Below are positions 1 to 8,307 of a stretch of DNA of 64,000 nucleotides, piece after piece. This DNA is from Acidobacteriota bacterium (GTDB lineage Bacteria; Acidobacteriota; Vicinamibacteria; Vicinamibacterales; Fen-181), in contig JADGOB010000006.1 of NCBI GenBank assembly GCA_017883185.1, forward strand, positions 2,283 through 66,282, given 5' to 3'. The first letter of the stretch is position 1, and each line of letters starts with the position of its first letter. The notes beneath the pieces are model-generated. The model was not told the origin of the DNA, searched no databases, and was given only the letters and a program-made list of their open reading frames with translations. A program made the translations under genes and the position numbers.

Positions 1-1668
1 GACCGCGCCGGCCTCGACGAACGGGCTGAGGTTGTTCGGAAGTTCGACGACGAGTGCGGGCACGTCCAGCGGCATCGCCTCGATGGCGGCCGTCGAGTTG
101 ACGGTCACGAGCGCGCTCGACGCGGCCACGAGCCGCGCCAGATCCGCCGAGGCGGGCGCGATCGTCACGTTGGTCGCGCCACTGGCCGCCCGTTCGTACG
201 GAGCCGCGGTTTCGGCAGGATGGCACTTCACCACCAACCGCACGTCCGGCATTCCCGCGACCGCTTCGATCAACGCCTCGAAGGCCCCGGCCATCTGCGA
301 GTACTTCGTGGCCACGACCACCAGATGCTGGTCCGTCCTGGCACCGACCGACGCCCGCAACGCCGCACGCGCGTCGTCGTCCATGTGGCGCGCCGATTCG
401 ACGAAGGCATCGAGCTTTGGGCTGCCGGCCACGGCGATCGCTTCGTCCGGAAAACGGCCCGCGTCGATCAGGTGACGCGCGGCGAACTGATCGTAGACGA
501 GCGTCAGGTCTGGCCGTGGAAAACCGAGGTCGGCCGGGTTGCGCGGGGAGGGCTGCATCTCGTCCGCCTCGTGCAGGTAGTTCAGCCAGTGCCGGTAAAT
601 GAAGCCGTGCTGCAGCCCGGCGACCGGGATCCCGCGGCGTCGGGCCTCGAGAACGAGCGCGCGCCCGGAACCGCCCGCCTCGGCGTAGGTGATGGCCACG
701 CGAGGTTTCAGCGCGTCGAGCGCTGCGCCGATCTCGTCCATCGTTCGCGCGGACCAGGGAAACTGCAGGTGCGAGATGCCGGTGAACTCGTTGCGCATGA
801 GCGGCCACGCGTCACACCCGCGGAACACGCAGGCGGTGCGGAGGGCGTCGCTGCCGACCAACGCCTGCCTGGTCGCGTTCCGCCCGGCCCAGACGGCGGT
901 GGACGGCGCGAGCGCGCGCCCCGAGGCGTAGCTGCCGACCGGAGCGAACGGGAGCGTGTCGGCCGTCTGGTGCACGATCTCCGCCAGCCGTTGTTTCCAG
1001 GTGCGAGAGCGGAAGTTCGTTTTCGGGCCAAGGCCGACCAGCGTCAGTTGGTGGTCGCCAACTCGCTTCGACACCTCGCGCAGCACCGGGCCGATGTACG
1101 ACTCGTCGCCGGTCGCCTGGCGCCAGAATGCGGAGTGCACGAAGGCCACGACCGTGACCGCGCCCCGTGTTCCTGGAGATCGTCGGCCAGGCCTGTATCG
1201 CTCCGCGACCGCGCTCGCCGTGTACAGCAGGCCGCGCCAGAGAGGCTCCGCGCGCTGGCGCCATGGAACGCGGGCGGGCGCCGGAGAGCCGCGCCAGGAG
1301 AGATGTCGCCCTTCGGCGAACTGGCGCGCGAGGTGGGTCAGCAGGACGTCTCCCTCCGCCACGCCCAGCGCGAGCGGTCGTTCGCGGGCGAGCAACGTCT
1401 CGAGGGCGTACAGCGTCCGGAGGATGGCGACGACCACGCGGCGCTTGTGGAGGTACAGCTCGGCAAACCACCAGAGGGAATCGCCGCGGAACAAGAACCG
1501 ATCGCGCAACGGGACGCCGTCCACCGGCAGGCCGCGAAGCGATTTGATCCAGGCGTTCGCGTCACTCTCCGCGCGCTCGGCCGCCTCGGCATCCAGGTAG
1601 GTGGTCAGCGATACGCGGCGCTCACCGTCGCCGGTATTCACGATGAGGATCTGTTTCTGGTCAGCCAT
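1..1668 (-). CDS. putative GT-B-type glycosyltransferase / capsule-synthesis-like protein; C-terminus runs off the window start
   Basis: Absent from the ORF track because its stop lies beyond position 1. Manual reverse translation from the ATG (1668-1666) gives an open 556-codon frame (MADQKQILIVNTGDGERRVSL...RLVVKCHPAE...LVTVNSTAAIEAMPLDVPALVV). The KxHP ... NST..IEA pattern resembles Capsule_synth (KpsC/KpsS-like) proteins. The start overlaps the GT9 stop by 31 nt. Confidence 0.55.
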   Translation of the reverse strand, partial: MADQKQILIVNTGDGERRVSLTTYLDAEAAERAESDANAWIKSLRGLPVDGVPLRDRFLFRGDSLWWFAELYLHKRRVVVAILRTLYALETLLARERPLALGVAEGDVLLTHLARQFAEGRHLSWRGSPAPARVPWRQRAEPLWRGLLYTASAVAERYRPGRRSPGTRGAVTVVAFVHSAFWRQATGDESYIGPVLREVSKRVGDHQLTLVGLGPKTNFRSRTWKQRLAEIVHQTADTLPFAPVGSYASGRALAPSTAVWAGRNATRQALVGSDALRTACVFRGCDAWPLMRNEFTGISHLQFPWSARTMDEIGAALDALKPRVAITYAEAGGSGRALVLEARRRGIPVAGLQHGFIYRHWLNYLHEADEMQPSPRNPADLGFPRPDLTLVYDQFAARHLIDAGRFPDEAIAVAGSPKLDAFVESARHMDDDARAALRASVGARTDQHLVVVATKYSQMAGAFEALIEAVAGMPDVRLVVKCHPAETAAPYERAASGATNVTIAPASADLARLVAASSALVTVNSTAAIEAMPLDVPALVVELPNNLSPFVEAGAV

Positions 1669-2864
1669 GTGTCCCCACTCAAGACCTCGGAGGCTGCATC
1701 GTACACCGCGTCGGCGCCGATCGCCCCGAGGCAATCGGGGACGTGACCGCGGCACCGCTGGGGTGGCCGACGAATCCGGTTGCACGGGCTGCAGGGCAAC
1801 TGGACCCGGACGACGCGGGCCGACCCGGAGACCGGGCCCCACCGCGCGGGATCGGAAGGCCCGAAGACTGCGACAAGGGGAACGTCCAGGGCGGCCGCGA
1901 GGTGCATCGGCCCCGTGTCGCCCGTCAGCAGCAGGTCCGCCTCCTCGAGGACGGCGGCCAGGGTGGCCAGGTCCACCCGCCCGGCGAGGTCGAGACATTC
2001 GACCTCGCGTCGCAGGCCGGACTTCATCTGGTCCACCAGGGGACGATCCTCCGCGCTGCCAGATAGGACGATGGACGCGCCGTGCGACGCTGACAGGCGG
2101 TTGGCGACCTCGGCGAACCGCGCGAGGTTCCACTGCTTGATCTCGCGGCCGCCGCCGGCGTGCACCACGACCACCGGTGTGCCGCCCCGGCTCCGGGCTG
2201 CGAGCAGCGCTGCGGCGCGTTCGCGCGCCTCGTCCGGCATCCGCAGTCGCCTCGCACCGGGTTCCGGCCTGTGCGATTCGAGAGAGCCAGTCGGCAAGTC
2301 GAACGCGCGCTCGACCAGGCGCAGCGAGTTCGATCGCGTGTGAATCGCGGGATTGAAAGCCACCCGGTCGGTCAGCATCGGCCCGCCGCCCGCCATGTCG
2401 AAACCCACGCGGCGAGCCGCTCCCGACAGGCCGAGGAGCGCGTGGCTGCGAACGTCTCCCTCGAAGTTGATCGCCACGTCGTAGCGCCGGCCGCGCCAGC
2501 CCTTCGCACGCTTTACCATGTCTCCGAACGAGTGGCTGGCCGCTCCTCGCGCGAGCCAGGGGGCGTTCAGCGTCTCGATGCGGTCGAGACCGGGGATGAG
2601 CCGCGCGAGCTGTTCGTTCCAGCTCCCCACCACGAGGTCGATGGTCGCGTGCGGGGACCGGGCCCGGACGGCGCCGATGGCATCGAGCGTCATCAACAGG
2701 TCGCCCACCCGCTCGAACCGCAGCAGCAGGATGGCCGGGCGGTCGTCTCCCCCGCCGGCGCCAGGGGAGCGCCGCAGAAATGGTGCGGCCGCGGCAAGGC
2801 CGATATCCGCCAGCCCGACCAGCCACCGTTCACGCCAATCCGTGAGTTGCAGATGAGAAAACAC
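1638..2864 (-). CDS. glycosyltransferase family 9 (heptosyltransferase-like)
   Basis: ORF track, 408 aa, GTG start. GT9-type motifs: LLLRFERVGDLLMT near the N-terminus and GDTGPMHLAAALDVPLVAVFGPSDP near the C-terminus. Confidence 0.8.
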   Translation of the reverse strand: MFSHLQLTDWRERWLVGLADIGLAAAAPFLRRSPGAGGGDDRPAILLLRFERVGDLLMTLDAIGAVRARSPHATIDLVVGSWNEQLARLIPGLDRIETLNAPWLARGAASHSFGDMVKRAKGWRGRRYDVAINFEGDVRSHALLGLSGAARRVGFDMAGGGPMLTDRVAFNPAIHTRSNSLRLVERAFDLPTGSLESHRPEPGARRLRMPDEARERAAALLAARSRGGTPVVVVHAGGGREIKQWNLARFAEVANRLSASHGASIVLSGSAEDRPLVDQMKSGLRREVECLDLAGRVDLATLAAVLEEADLLLTGDTGPMHLAAALDVPLVAVFGPSDPARWGPVSGSARVVRVQLPCSPCNRIRRPPQRCRGHVPDCLGAIGADAVYDAASEVLSGDTWLTRNRSSS

Positions 2865-2872
2865 CCAACCGT

Positions 2873-2935
2873 CCCCTGACCCCTGACCCCTAACTCCTAA
2901 CCCCCGATCCCCGATCCCTGCCCCCTGATCCCTAT
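2873..2935. repeat. heptanucleotide tandem array, 9 in-phase units (CCCCTGA family)
   Basis: Direct read: cccctga cccctga cccctaa ctcctaa cccccga tccccga tccctgc cccctga tccctat. It fills the junction between the upstream gene's stop (2932-2934) and the GT9 start (2864). Confidence 0.95.
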
Positions 2936-5442
2936 TTCACCGCCACCCTCTGCACCATCACGCCGAGCGTGCGGTGGTCATCGACACCCAACACAGCCTT
3001 GGGCGACCACGGCGAGGACGCGATGCGGAGGAGCGCCGGCTCTTCCCGGGCGGCAGCGGCGGCCGCGATGTCCGCGGGGATGGCGAAGGAATAGGGCTTG
3101 AACCCGCTATCGACGGTGGCTTCACCGATGAGGCGGTTGTCCAGATAGCACGTGATCGTGGCGGGACCTGCCGAAGCCGGCCGTCCGCCGTTGTCCATCC
3201 AGATCGCCAGGCTCGACGCGCGGTCGGTCAGGCCCAGGATCGTCACGTACGACGAATCGGTCGTCCAGCGAAACGAGCGACCGTTCATCCACTCCTTGGC
3301 GTTGAACCGAACGACGTACAGGTCGTCGTTCGTGCCGACGTCGATGTCGAACGGACGTGTCTCGCTCGCGGGATCGACGAACTTGTAGATGCTGAAGTCG
3401 AATTCCTTCTGGCGAGGGCCGCGTGGATAGCCGTCCCACACCGCCTCGTACTCGGGCACCTGGAACCGCTCGGTGGCCACGGGCACGACCGCGATCGCGC
3501 GCGACAGGAGGTCGGTGCCGCCGCTGCCGACGAAGTAGACGTTCTGGTAGCGGCTGCGGGCCCAGTCGAGGAACCCGCGGAACCGCTGGCGGTCGGGCCT
3601 GGGCGTGCTCAGCACGAGGACGTTGCGATTGAAGATGTAGGCCAGCGGCAAGGCGACGACGTGCAGATCGGACGACCGTCGAGATTCGACCACGACCAGG
3701 TCGCGCGGGCCGAAGTGATTCGAGAGAGCCTCGACGCGCGACCACAGCCCCTGGTACTCGACATGCCGAAAGACCGGCTGGTCCGCCCGGATGAGCAGCG
3801 CGCCGACGATCGTCACGAACACGAGCGGCGGAACCCACGCTGCCACGCGAGCCAGCGTCCCGCCCTTCGGTGTCGGCGTCTCGCCGGTCCCGTCCGTTTT
3901 CCGTGACCACACGCCGTAGAACGCGCCTGCAGCCAGCAGCAGGAACGCCGACGGCAGGATCACCGGCACGAATCGACGGGTCATCCAAAAGTGCTCGGGC
4001 ACGATCTGAATCTTGTAGAAGACGAAGAAGCCGTACACCACCGTGACGAGCAGCAGCGCCGGGTCGCGCCAGAACCGCCTCCAGGCTAGCAGGACGAAGC
4101 CGGCGACGGCGGCGATCAGACCCGCCCACGGGAAGTACCACGTGAACGTCCGGAGCGACAGCGCATCGTGCGGCGCCAGCCGACCGGCAGGAACGCGGAA
4201 GAACCAGGCGTAGATGACGGCACCGACGACGACGACGCCGAGGGCCGGAGGCGACCACGTGGAGATCACCCGCTCGAGCCGCTGGTTGCGGGAGAGGAGC
4301 AGGAGCGCGACCGCGGCCAGCACGCCGATGCCGAGAAACGTCAGGTGGATCGGACGCAGGTTCTCGAAGAACACCGCGTAGCGCCCGAAGCCTGGCCGCA
4401 TGATCGTCGAGATATAGACGCCGACGGCGACCAACGCCGCCACCATCGGGATGACAAACCAGGCGCGCGGCCACCGGCGCCGGAACAGCAGGAACAGCAC
4501 CGCGAGGCCGACGCCCGCCCACGCCAGGACGGCGTCGAAACGCAGGAACACCAGCAGTCCGAGAACCACGCCGGCCACAGGCGCAAAGAACCGGTCGTCG
4601 TCCACGTGCGACCGCGCGAAGGCGAGCAATCCTGCGAACAACAGCGCCTGCAGTCCGATCTCCGAGTTTGGATACCGGCCGAACCAGAGTTCGACGACGC
4701 AGAGCGCCAAAAGTGCCGAGGCGCAGAACGCCGGGATCCGCCCGAGCAGGCGGGCGCCCGCAAAATAGACGCCGAGCAACCCGAAGATGGCCCACGCGCC
4801 GATCATGCGCAGGCCGCCGCTCAGACCATCGAGCCCGTAACCGATCGCGACCCACGCCGGGTAGAGGTGCGGGAACTGGGCGACCACCGTGCCCTTGAGC
4901 GGATCGACCAGGAAGAAACCCATGAAGCGGAGGCTGTAGTACCAGCGATCGTGATACGGCGGGAAGAACAGGTCGCGGTGGACGGGCTGAACGGCTGCGA
5001 CCAGCGAGTCGCGGATCACCAGTGAGCCGCGCTGCGCGAGCGCGATCCCCTCGTTGATGTAGACGCCGGGGTCCCTGCCGCCGATGACGAATTCGGCGAC
5101 CGGGAAGAACAGGGCCATGCCGAGCGCGACGAGCGCAACCGGGAAAAGAGCCGTGACCCCGGGCCGTTGCGCCGTTCCGCGGTAGAGCAGGTGGCCGCGC
5201 CAGGCAGCGAGGGCCGCAGCCGAAAGCAATCCGTTGGCGATCAGCAGTCGCGGGAAGGTATACCAGGAGGCCGCCGCCAGCGCGAGCACGACGATCGACG
5301 ACCAGGCGGCGCTGATGACGACCGCCCAGAAGACGCGCTCCTCGGCGGCCAGCTGTGCCCGGCGGTCGCGCTCGGCGACAGGTGCGCGGAACAGCAGCGC
5401 GCCCGGCACGAACGCGATCAGCAGAAGCTCAGGAAGCCACAT
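2932..5442 (-). CDS. GT-C fold membrane glycosyltransferase (ArnT / PMT_2-like) with a large C-terminal soluble domain
   Basis: ORF track 2932..5562, trimmed to ATG 5442 (MWLPELLLIAFVPGALLF...); the upstream extension is Arg-rich and overlaps the DegT gene. About 560 aa of multiple hydrophobic helices are followed by about 270 aa of soluble domain. It sits in an operon with polyprenyl-P GT2 and sugar-modifying enzymes. Confidence 0.7.
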   Translation of the reverse strand: MWLPELLLIAFVPGALLFRAPVAERDRRAQLAAEERVFWAVVISAAWSSIVVLALAAASWYTFPRLLIANGLLSAAALAAWRGHLLYRGTAQRPGVTALFPVALVALGMALFFPVAEFVIGGRDPGVYINEGIALAQRGSLVIRDSLVAAVQPVHRDLFFPPYHDRWYYSLRFMGFFLVDPLKGTVVAQFPHLYPAWVAIGYGLDGLSGGLRMIGAWAIFGLLGVYFAGARLLGRIPAFCASALLALCVVELWFGRYPNSEIGLQALLFAGLLAFARSHVDDDRFFAPVAGVVLGLLVFLRFDAVLAWAGVGLAVLFLLFRRRWPRAWFVIPMVAALVAVGVYISTIMRPGFGRYAVFFENLRPIHLTFLGIGVLAAVALLLLSRNQRLERVISTWSPPALGVVVVGAVIYAWFFRVPAGRLAPHDALSLRTFTWYFPWAGLIAAVAGFVLLAWRRFWRDPALLLVTVVYGFFVFYKIQIVPEHFWMTRRFVPVILPSAFLLLAAGAFYGVWSRKTDGTGETPTPKGGTLARVAAWVPPLVFVTIVGALLIRADQPVFRHVEYQGLWSRVEALSNHFGPRDLVVVESRRSSDLHVVALPLAYIFNRNVLVLSTPRPDRQRFRGFLDWARSRYQNVYFVGSGGTDLLSRAIAVVPVATERFQVPEYEAVWDGYPRGPRQKEFDFSIYKFVDPASETRPFDIDVGTNDDLYVVRFNAKEWMNGRSFRWTTDSSYVTILGLTDRASSLAIWMDNGGRPASAGPATITCYLDNRLIGEATVDSGFKPYSFAIPADIAAAAAAREEPALLRIASSPWSPKAVLGVDDHRTLGVMVQRVAVK

Positions 5443-6520
5443 GAATCGCCCTTGCCACCTCGACCGCGTGCGTCTCCGGCATCGAGGGATACAGGGGCAG
5501 CGAGAAGATCTCCGCGCACACCTGGTCCGCGACGGGGCAGGCCGCGGGCGACTCGGAGGCAAGCGCAGGCTGGCGCGGGATCGGAACCGGGTAGTGGATC
5601 AGCGTCTCGATGCCGGCCTCATCGAGCTTCGCCCGAAGCGCCTCGCGCGCCGACGAGCGGACCGGGAACAGGTGGTAGACGTGGCCGGGATCCAGCTCCG
5701 GCGGGACGACGACGCCCGAGCCGATGAGCTCGCGCCGGTACACCGCCGCCAACGTCCGACGCTGTTCTGTCCACCGCGGCAGGAATTCGAGTCGCGCCAA
5801 CAGGATGGCCGCCTGGATCTCGTCGAGGCGGCTGTTGATGCCTGGCTCGCCGTGGTGGTAGCGGTCCGTTTGACCGCCGTTGCGAAGCCGCTTCAGCTTC
5901 GCCGCCAACTCCGCGTCGTTGGTGGTGATGGCCCCGCCGTCGCCAAGCGCGCCGAGGTTCTTCGTGGGGTAGAAGCTGTACGCCGCAGCCACGCTGAACG
6001 ACCCGACCGGTCGGCCGCGGAAGGTCGCCAGGTGCGCCTGGCAGCAGTCTTCGATCATCGCCAGGTCGTGGCGCGTGGCCATCGCGGCGAGTTCGTCCAT
6101 CGCGGCCGGCTGGCCGTAGAGGTGCACGGGAATGATCGCCGCCGTGTCGGGACCGATCGCCGCCTCGACGGCTGCCGGATCCAGCGTGAGGCGCTGCGGG
6201 TCGAGATCAACGAAGACCGGCCTGGCCCCGACGATCATCACGGCCAGCGCGGTATAGGCCGCCGACAGCGGCGTGGTGATGACCTCGTCGCCGCGGCCGA
6301 TGCCGAGCGCCTTCAGAATCAGCACCAGCGCGTCCGTGCCCGTGCCGACGCCGATGCCGAACTGCGCGCCCGACGCGTGAGCGAAGGCCCGCTCGAAGCT
6401 CTCCACCTCGGGGCCGAGCACGAACCAGCCTCGATCGACCACGCGGCGGATGGCCGCATCCACCGCCGGGCCGTCCTCGCCCGGCTTCAGGCTCATGAAC
6501 GGAATGCGCGTCGCGGTCAT
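5429..6520 (-). CDS. DegT/DnrJ/EryC1/StrS-family PLP-dependent sugar aminotransferase
   Basis: ORF track, 363 aa. Family-typical FVLGPEVESFE and the PLP-lysine region SFYPTKNLGALGDGG. ATGA overlap with the upstream SDR gene. Confidence 0.9.
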   Translation of the reverse strand: MTATRIPFMSLKPGEDGPAVDAAIRRVVDRGWFVLGPEVESFERAFAHASGAQFGIGVGTGTDALVLILKALGIGRGDEVITTPLSAAYTALAVMIVGARPVFVDLDPQRLTLDPAAVEAAIGPDTAAIIPVHLYGQPAAMDELAAMATRHDLAMIEDCCQAHLATFRGRPVGSFSVAAAYSFYPTKNLGALGDGGAITTNDAELAAKLKRLRNGGQTDRYHHGEPGINSRLDEIQAAILLARLEFLPRWTEQRRTLAAVYRRELIGSGVVVPPELDPGHVYHLFPVRSSAREALRAKLDEAGIETLIHYPVPIPRQPALASESPAACPVADQVCAEIFSLPLYPSMPETHAVEVARAIHVAS

Positions 6521-7548
6521 AGGATGCCGGCCAGGTCCTCGGGAACGGGGTTGAGATATCGGGCCAGGTGCTCGCGGTAGAACGCGATGGTCCGCTCGAA
6601 CCCTTCCCGGAGCGAGACCTTCGGTTCCCAGCCCACGGCCGCATTGAACTTGCTGGAATCGGCGTAGAAGTTGCCGATGTCAATCGCTTTCTTCTCGGCG
6701 GGCCACTCGACGAACGTCACCCGCCCGGCGCCCGCCAGGTCGAGCAGCAGGGCGACGAGTTCCCGGTGGCTGATCGGCGACTGGCCGCCCACGTTGAACG
6801 CCTCTCCGTTGCACGCGTCCGACGCGCCCGCTCTCAGGAAGGCGTCGGCCGCATCATCGACGTAGACGAAGTCGCGAAGCTGCGAGCCATCGCCGTAGAT
6901 CTGGATCTCGCCGCCCTCGACCGCCGTGCGGATGAACCAGCCGATGAATCCCTGTCGGTTGTGCTTGACGAGCTGCCGCGGGCCGTAGACGTTGGTGAGT
7001 CGCAGCGAGCAGGCGCGGATGCCGAAGACGTGGTTGTACAGCAGGTGGTAGTTCTCCCCCGCCGCCTTGTTGATGCCGTTGACATCCGTTGGGCTCACCA
7101 GGTGCCGCTCGGTGACCGGCAGGAAATCGGGCTTCCCGTACACCTGGCGCGTGCCCGCGAACACCACCCGCACGTCCGGGTTGTGCCGACGGCACGCCTC
7201 GAGAATCGACAACTGGCTGCGGCAGTTGATCTCGAGGTCCGTGTACGGATCCCGCATGCTGTCGATGTGGCTCACCTGCCCGGCGAGGTTGAAGATGACC
7301 GCCCGGTTCCGCACCAGGTAGTTCATCGTGCTCTCCTGGCGGATGTCCGCGACGTTCACCCTCACGCGGTCTTCGATCCCCTGGATGTTGAAGAAGTTGC
7401 CCCCGTAGTCCGGGATCATCGAGTCCACGAGCAGGACGTCGGCGCCCAGCTCCACCAGCTGGCGCGCGAGGTTGCTGCCAATGAAGCCCAGACCGCCGGT
7501 GATCATCACCTTGCGGTGGCGGTAGAAGGATCGATAGTCTGCGGTCAC
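6517..7548 (-). CDS. extended SDR, NAD-dependent epimerase/dehydratase family (atypical active site)
   Basis: ORF track, 343 aa. Rossmann motif ITGGLGFIGSNL. At the position expected for YxxxK the sequence reads NGINK (nt 7066-7080). GTGA overlap with the upstream GT2. Confidence 0.85.
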   Translation of the reverse strand: MTADYRSFYRHRKVMITGGLGFIGSNLARQLVELGADVLLVDSMIPDYGGNFFNIQGIEDRVRVNVADIRQESTMNYLVRNRAVIFNLAGQVSHIDSMRDPYTDLEINCRSQLSILEACRRHNPDVRVVFAGTRQVYGKPDFLPVTERHLVSPTDVNGINKAAGENYHLLYNHVFGIRACSLRLTNVYGPRQLVKHNRQGFIGWFIRTAVEGGEIQIYGDGSQLRDFVYVDDAADAFLRAGASDACNGEAFNVGGQSPISHRELVALLLDLAGAGRVTFVEWPAEKKAIDIGNFYADSSKFNAAVGWEPKVSLREGFERTIAFYREHLARYLNPVPEDLAGIL

Positions 7549-8276
7549 GGTCGTCGCCTGTGCAGCACCAGTTCACGCCAGAGTTTGAAGACGTCGGCCG
7601 CCGTGCGCACCAACCGGCCGAAGTTGAAGAACTGCGATTTGCCGTACGCCCGGTGGTAGTGGTGCACCGGGACTTCCACGATCGAGAAGCCCGCGTCCGT
7701 GATCTTCTTCATCATCTCGAGGCAGATCACGCCGCTCGACTTCTCCAGCGTCACCCGGTCGAACATGCGGCGGCGCATCAGCCTGAAATCGCAGTCCACG
7801 TCGCGCACCGTGAGGCCGAACAGCAATTTCACGGTGTGGTGGTAGAGGCGGCCAATGATGATGCGGTGCAGCGGGTCCGATCGGCTGATCTTGTAGCCGT
7901 TCACCAAGTCAACCGATTCCGACATCTTCTCCCACAACCGCGCCATCTCGCGCGGGTCGTACTGCGCGTCGCCATCCGTGTAGAAAATCCAGTCCTTGGT
8001 CGCCGACGCGAAGCCCGTGCGTAGCGCGCCGCCGTAGCCCCGGTTCTTCTCGTGATGGATGGCGCGGACCTGCGGGTAGATTCGCGACAACTCGTCGATG
8101 ATCTCGGCCGTCGCGTCGGTGCTCCCGTCGTTGATGACCAGGACCTCGAAATCGGGCGTCAGTCGGCTCGCCGTCTGAACGGCCGCGATCACCAAGCTGG
8201 CAATGGTGCCGCTGTCGTTGTAGGCGGGGAAGAACACCGTCAGTCCGACTGGCCGCTGGTCGAGTGAAGATGACAT
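7545..8276 (-). CDS. GT2 glycosyltransferase, polyprenyl-phosphate sugar synthase type (ArnC/DPM1-like, soluble)
   Basis: ORF track, 243 aa. FFPAYNDSGTI ... VINDGSTDAT ... YTDGDAQYDP, typical of GT2 family A-fold polyisoprenyl-phosphate glycosyltransferases. Confidence 0.8.
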   Translation of the reverse strand: MSSSLDQRPVGLTVFFPAYNDSGTIASLVIAAVQTASRLTPDFEVLVINDGSTDATAEIIDELSRIYPQVRAIHHEKNRGYGGALRTGFASATKDWIFYTDGDAQYDPREMARLWEKMSESVDLVNGYKISRSDPLHRIIIGRLYHHTVKLLFGLTVRDVDCDFRLMRRRMFDRVTLEKSSGVICLEMMKKITDAGFSIVEVPVHHYHRAYGKSQFFNFGRLVRTAADVFKLWRELVLHRRRP

Positions 8277-8307
8277 CGTCTGAAAGCGCTAAACCATAGC
8301 ACGAGCG

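Noticed and set aside
220-1746. 508-aa plus-strand ORF, the longest ORF listed at the window start
   Set aside because: Its Arg/His/Gly-rich, low-complexity translation is typical of an antisense shadow ORF in high-GC DNA. The opposite strand carries an uninterrupted, protein-like 556-codon frame (the real gene, 1-1668), which the track missed because it has no stop inside the window.
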